This document shows positions 62,801 to 64,000 of a stretch of 64,000 nt of DNA, piece by piece. Numbering within the stretch: position 1 is the first letter of the stretch; each line of letters starts with the position of its first letter. Origin of the DNA: Antedon mediterranea (taxonomy: Eukaryota > Animalia > Echinodermata); the NCBI RefSeq assembly GCF_964355755.1, contig NC_092673.1, positions 33,849,648 to 33,913,647 on the forward strand, in the 5' to 3' direction. The notes under the pieces were generated by a model, which was not told where the DNA came from, searched no databases, and worked only from the letters and a program-made list of their open reading frames with translations. The position numbers and the translations under genes were made by a program.

Positions 62801-63974
62801 ATTGTATGTTCTAACCTGCCAGTTGGAACACACTGAAATGCATTCATTCCCACTAGGATGCAACGGAAGGACGTAAGCGCAACGCAAGCGAGTTGACCAA
62901 TGACAAACGACAGTTCGACTGTCACCTTCTCTTGTCATTGGTCAAATTACTTGCATTGTGGGAATTTGGGTTGCAATTTAAAAATGTAACAAAATTATTT
63001 TACCTTTCTTTTTTTCTCAAAATTAATGAGTCCACCTTCTACGTAATCTGGAAATGCTGTGTCAATCATAGTAAGATCTGTAAGGAAGTATCCAAGATAT
63101 GGAATAGTACCATACACTGGACCAATCTATAGAAAATTGAAATAAAGTCAGTAAGAACAAAATAACACAAACTATTGCATGACCTCAATGCATCCTTGCT
63201 ATTTGATTGGTTAATTTCATTTCATGTGTCATTCAGTATTAGTTCTATTGTATGGTAAATGTTGTATTCAACCGTTCTATTATTTTAATAATTTGATTAC
63301 ATGGCAGCTTTTAGTATTTTTTTAAAACATTTTGTATAATGTAAAGCTGGTGACAGTTGGGCGTTTGAAAACCAACATGTATTGTGCATTGACCTTTATT
63401 GGTTCCATCTAACTATATAAATTATTAAATTATGAAATTTAAAATTGTCTCTAGCAGGATGTGAACCCACAACCTCAGGAATATAAGGCAAGTATACCAA
63501 CACATGTTACGAATGTAAATAAGGGGCTTACAGGCTCTTCTGTCTGTTTCTTATCTGAAAATCTTCGAATTAAACTTTTCATGGACCTTGTTGAGCCGCT
63601 TGAACTAGGGCTGACTGCCTGTGTACTGGCAAACTTGGCTGTACCTTCCTAAAAAAGTAGAAAAAAAGCTAGCTTTGAATTCATGTTTAGACCTACAAAA
63701 CCATACCTATTATAGGCCTATAAAACAAGGTTTTATACAATACATAATTGTAATATATTTGTATTTCCACTTCAGTTTATTTCAATTCACCTCCAGCGAG
63801 TCAAGATGTTTCATCGGGCCTCGACATTTGACGTTGTCCGAGCTGGCCTTAATACGATAAATTTTTCAATCTTTCAAACGTATATTTACCTTGTTCAACA
63901 ATTCTCTATGTGCCTCATGGTTGTTTTCATCGCAGAATATATCAGATAGATCTTCAAACAGTTGCATATGCAAT
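59884..63974 (-). CDS. RALGDS: Ral guanine nucleotide dissociation stimulator (RalGDS/RGL family), 3' part: end of CDC25 RasGEF domain + RA domain; 5' exons outside the window
   Basis: Exons 63974-63890, 63648-63532, 63126-63004, 62700-62579, 62305-62189, 61705-61462, 61024-60851, 60533-60416, 60095-59884 join in frame: [94 protein letters not shown] versus RGL paralog cannot be resolved. Confidence 0.92.
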
Positions 63975-64000
63975 CTAAACAACATAAAATCATACAAAAA

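Overview
AT-rich, intron-containing animal genomic DNA, probably an invertebrate deuterostome such as an echinoderm (inferred from the repeat landscape and NLR style, not proven). I reconstructed four host genes by hand from GT-AG sites and reading frame. (1) A 6-coding-exon NLR immune receptor on the minus strand (22585->9922, ~1628 aa). Two duplicated exons each appear to encode a tandem death-effector-domain pair (4 DEDs in total), followed by a duplicated linker exon and one large NACHT + LRR exon. (2) PLPP6-like PAP2 phosphatase (41212-42072, +). (3) 1-Cys peroxiredoxin PRDX6 (51227-55913, +). (4) The 3' nine exons of a RalGDS/RGL Ral-GEF (63974->59884, -). The centre holds a full-length Gypsy LTR retrotransposon (27508-38442; ATTG TSD, tRNA-Trp PBS, TG...AA LTRs). 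Inside it is a near-intact LINE whose ORF1 and AUG-less ORF2 are in one frame separated by a single UAG, and a pogo-type MITE sits in that LINE's tail. The rest is LINE fragments, MITEs (Kolobok-, Harbinger-, Mutator-, pogo-, hAT-like), SINEs, minisatellites and local tandem duplications clustered around the NLR. All domain and family calls are by motif recognition; no database searches were run.
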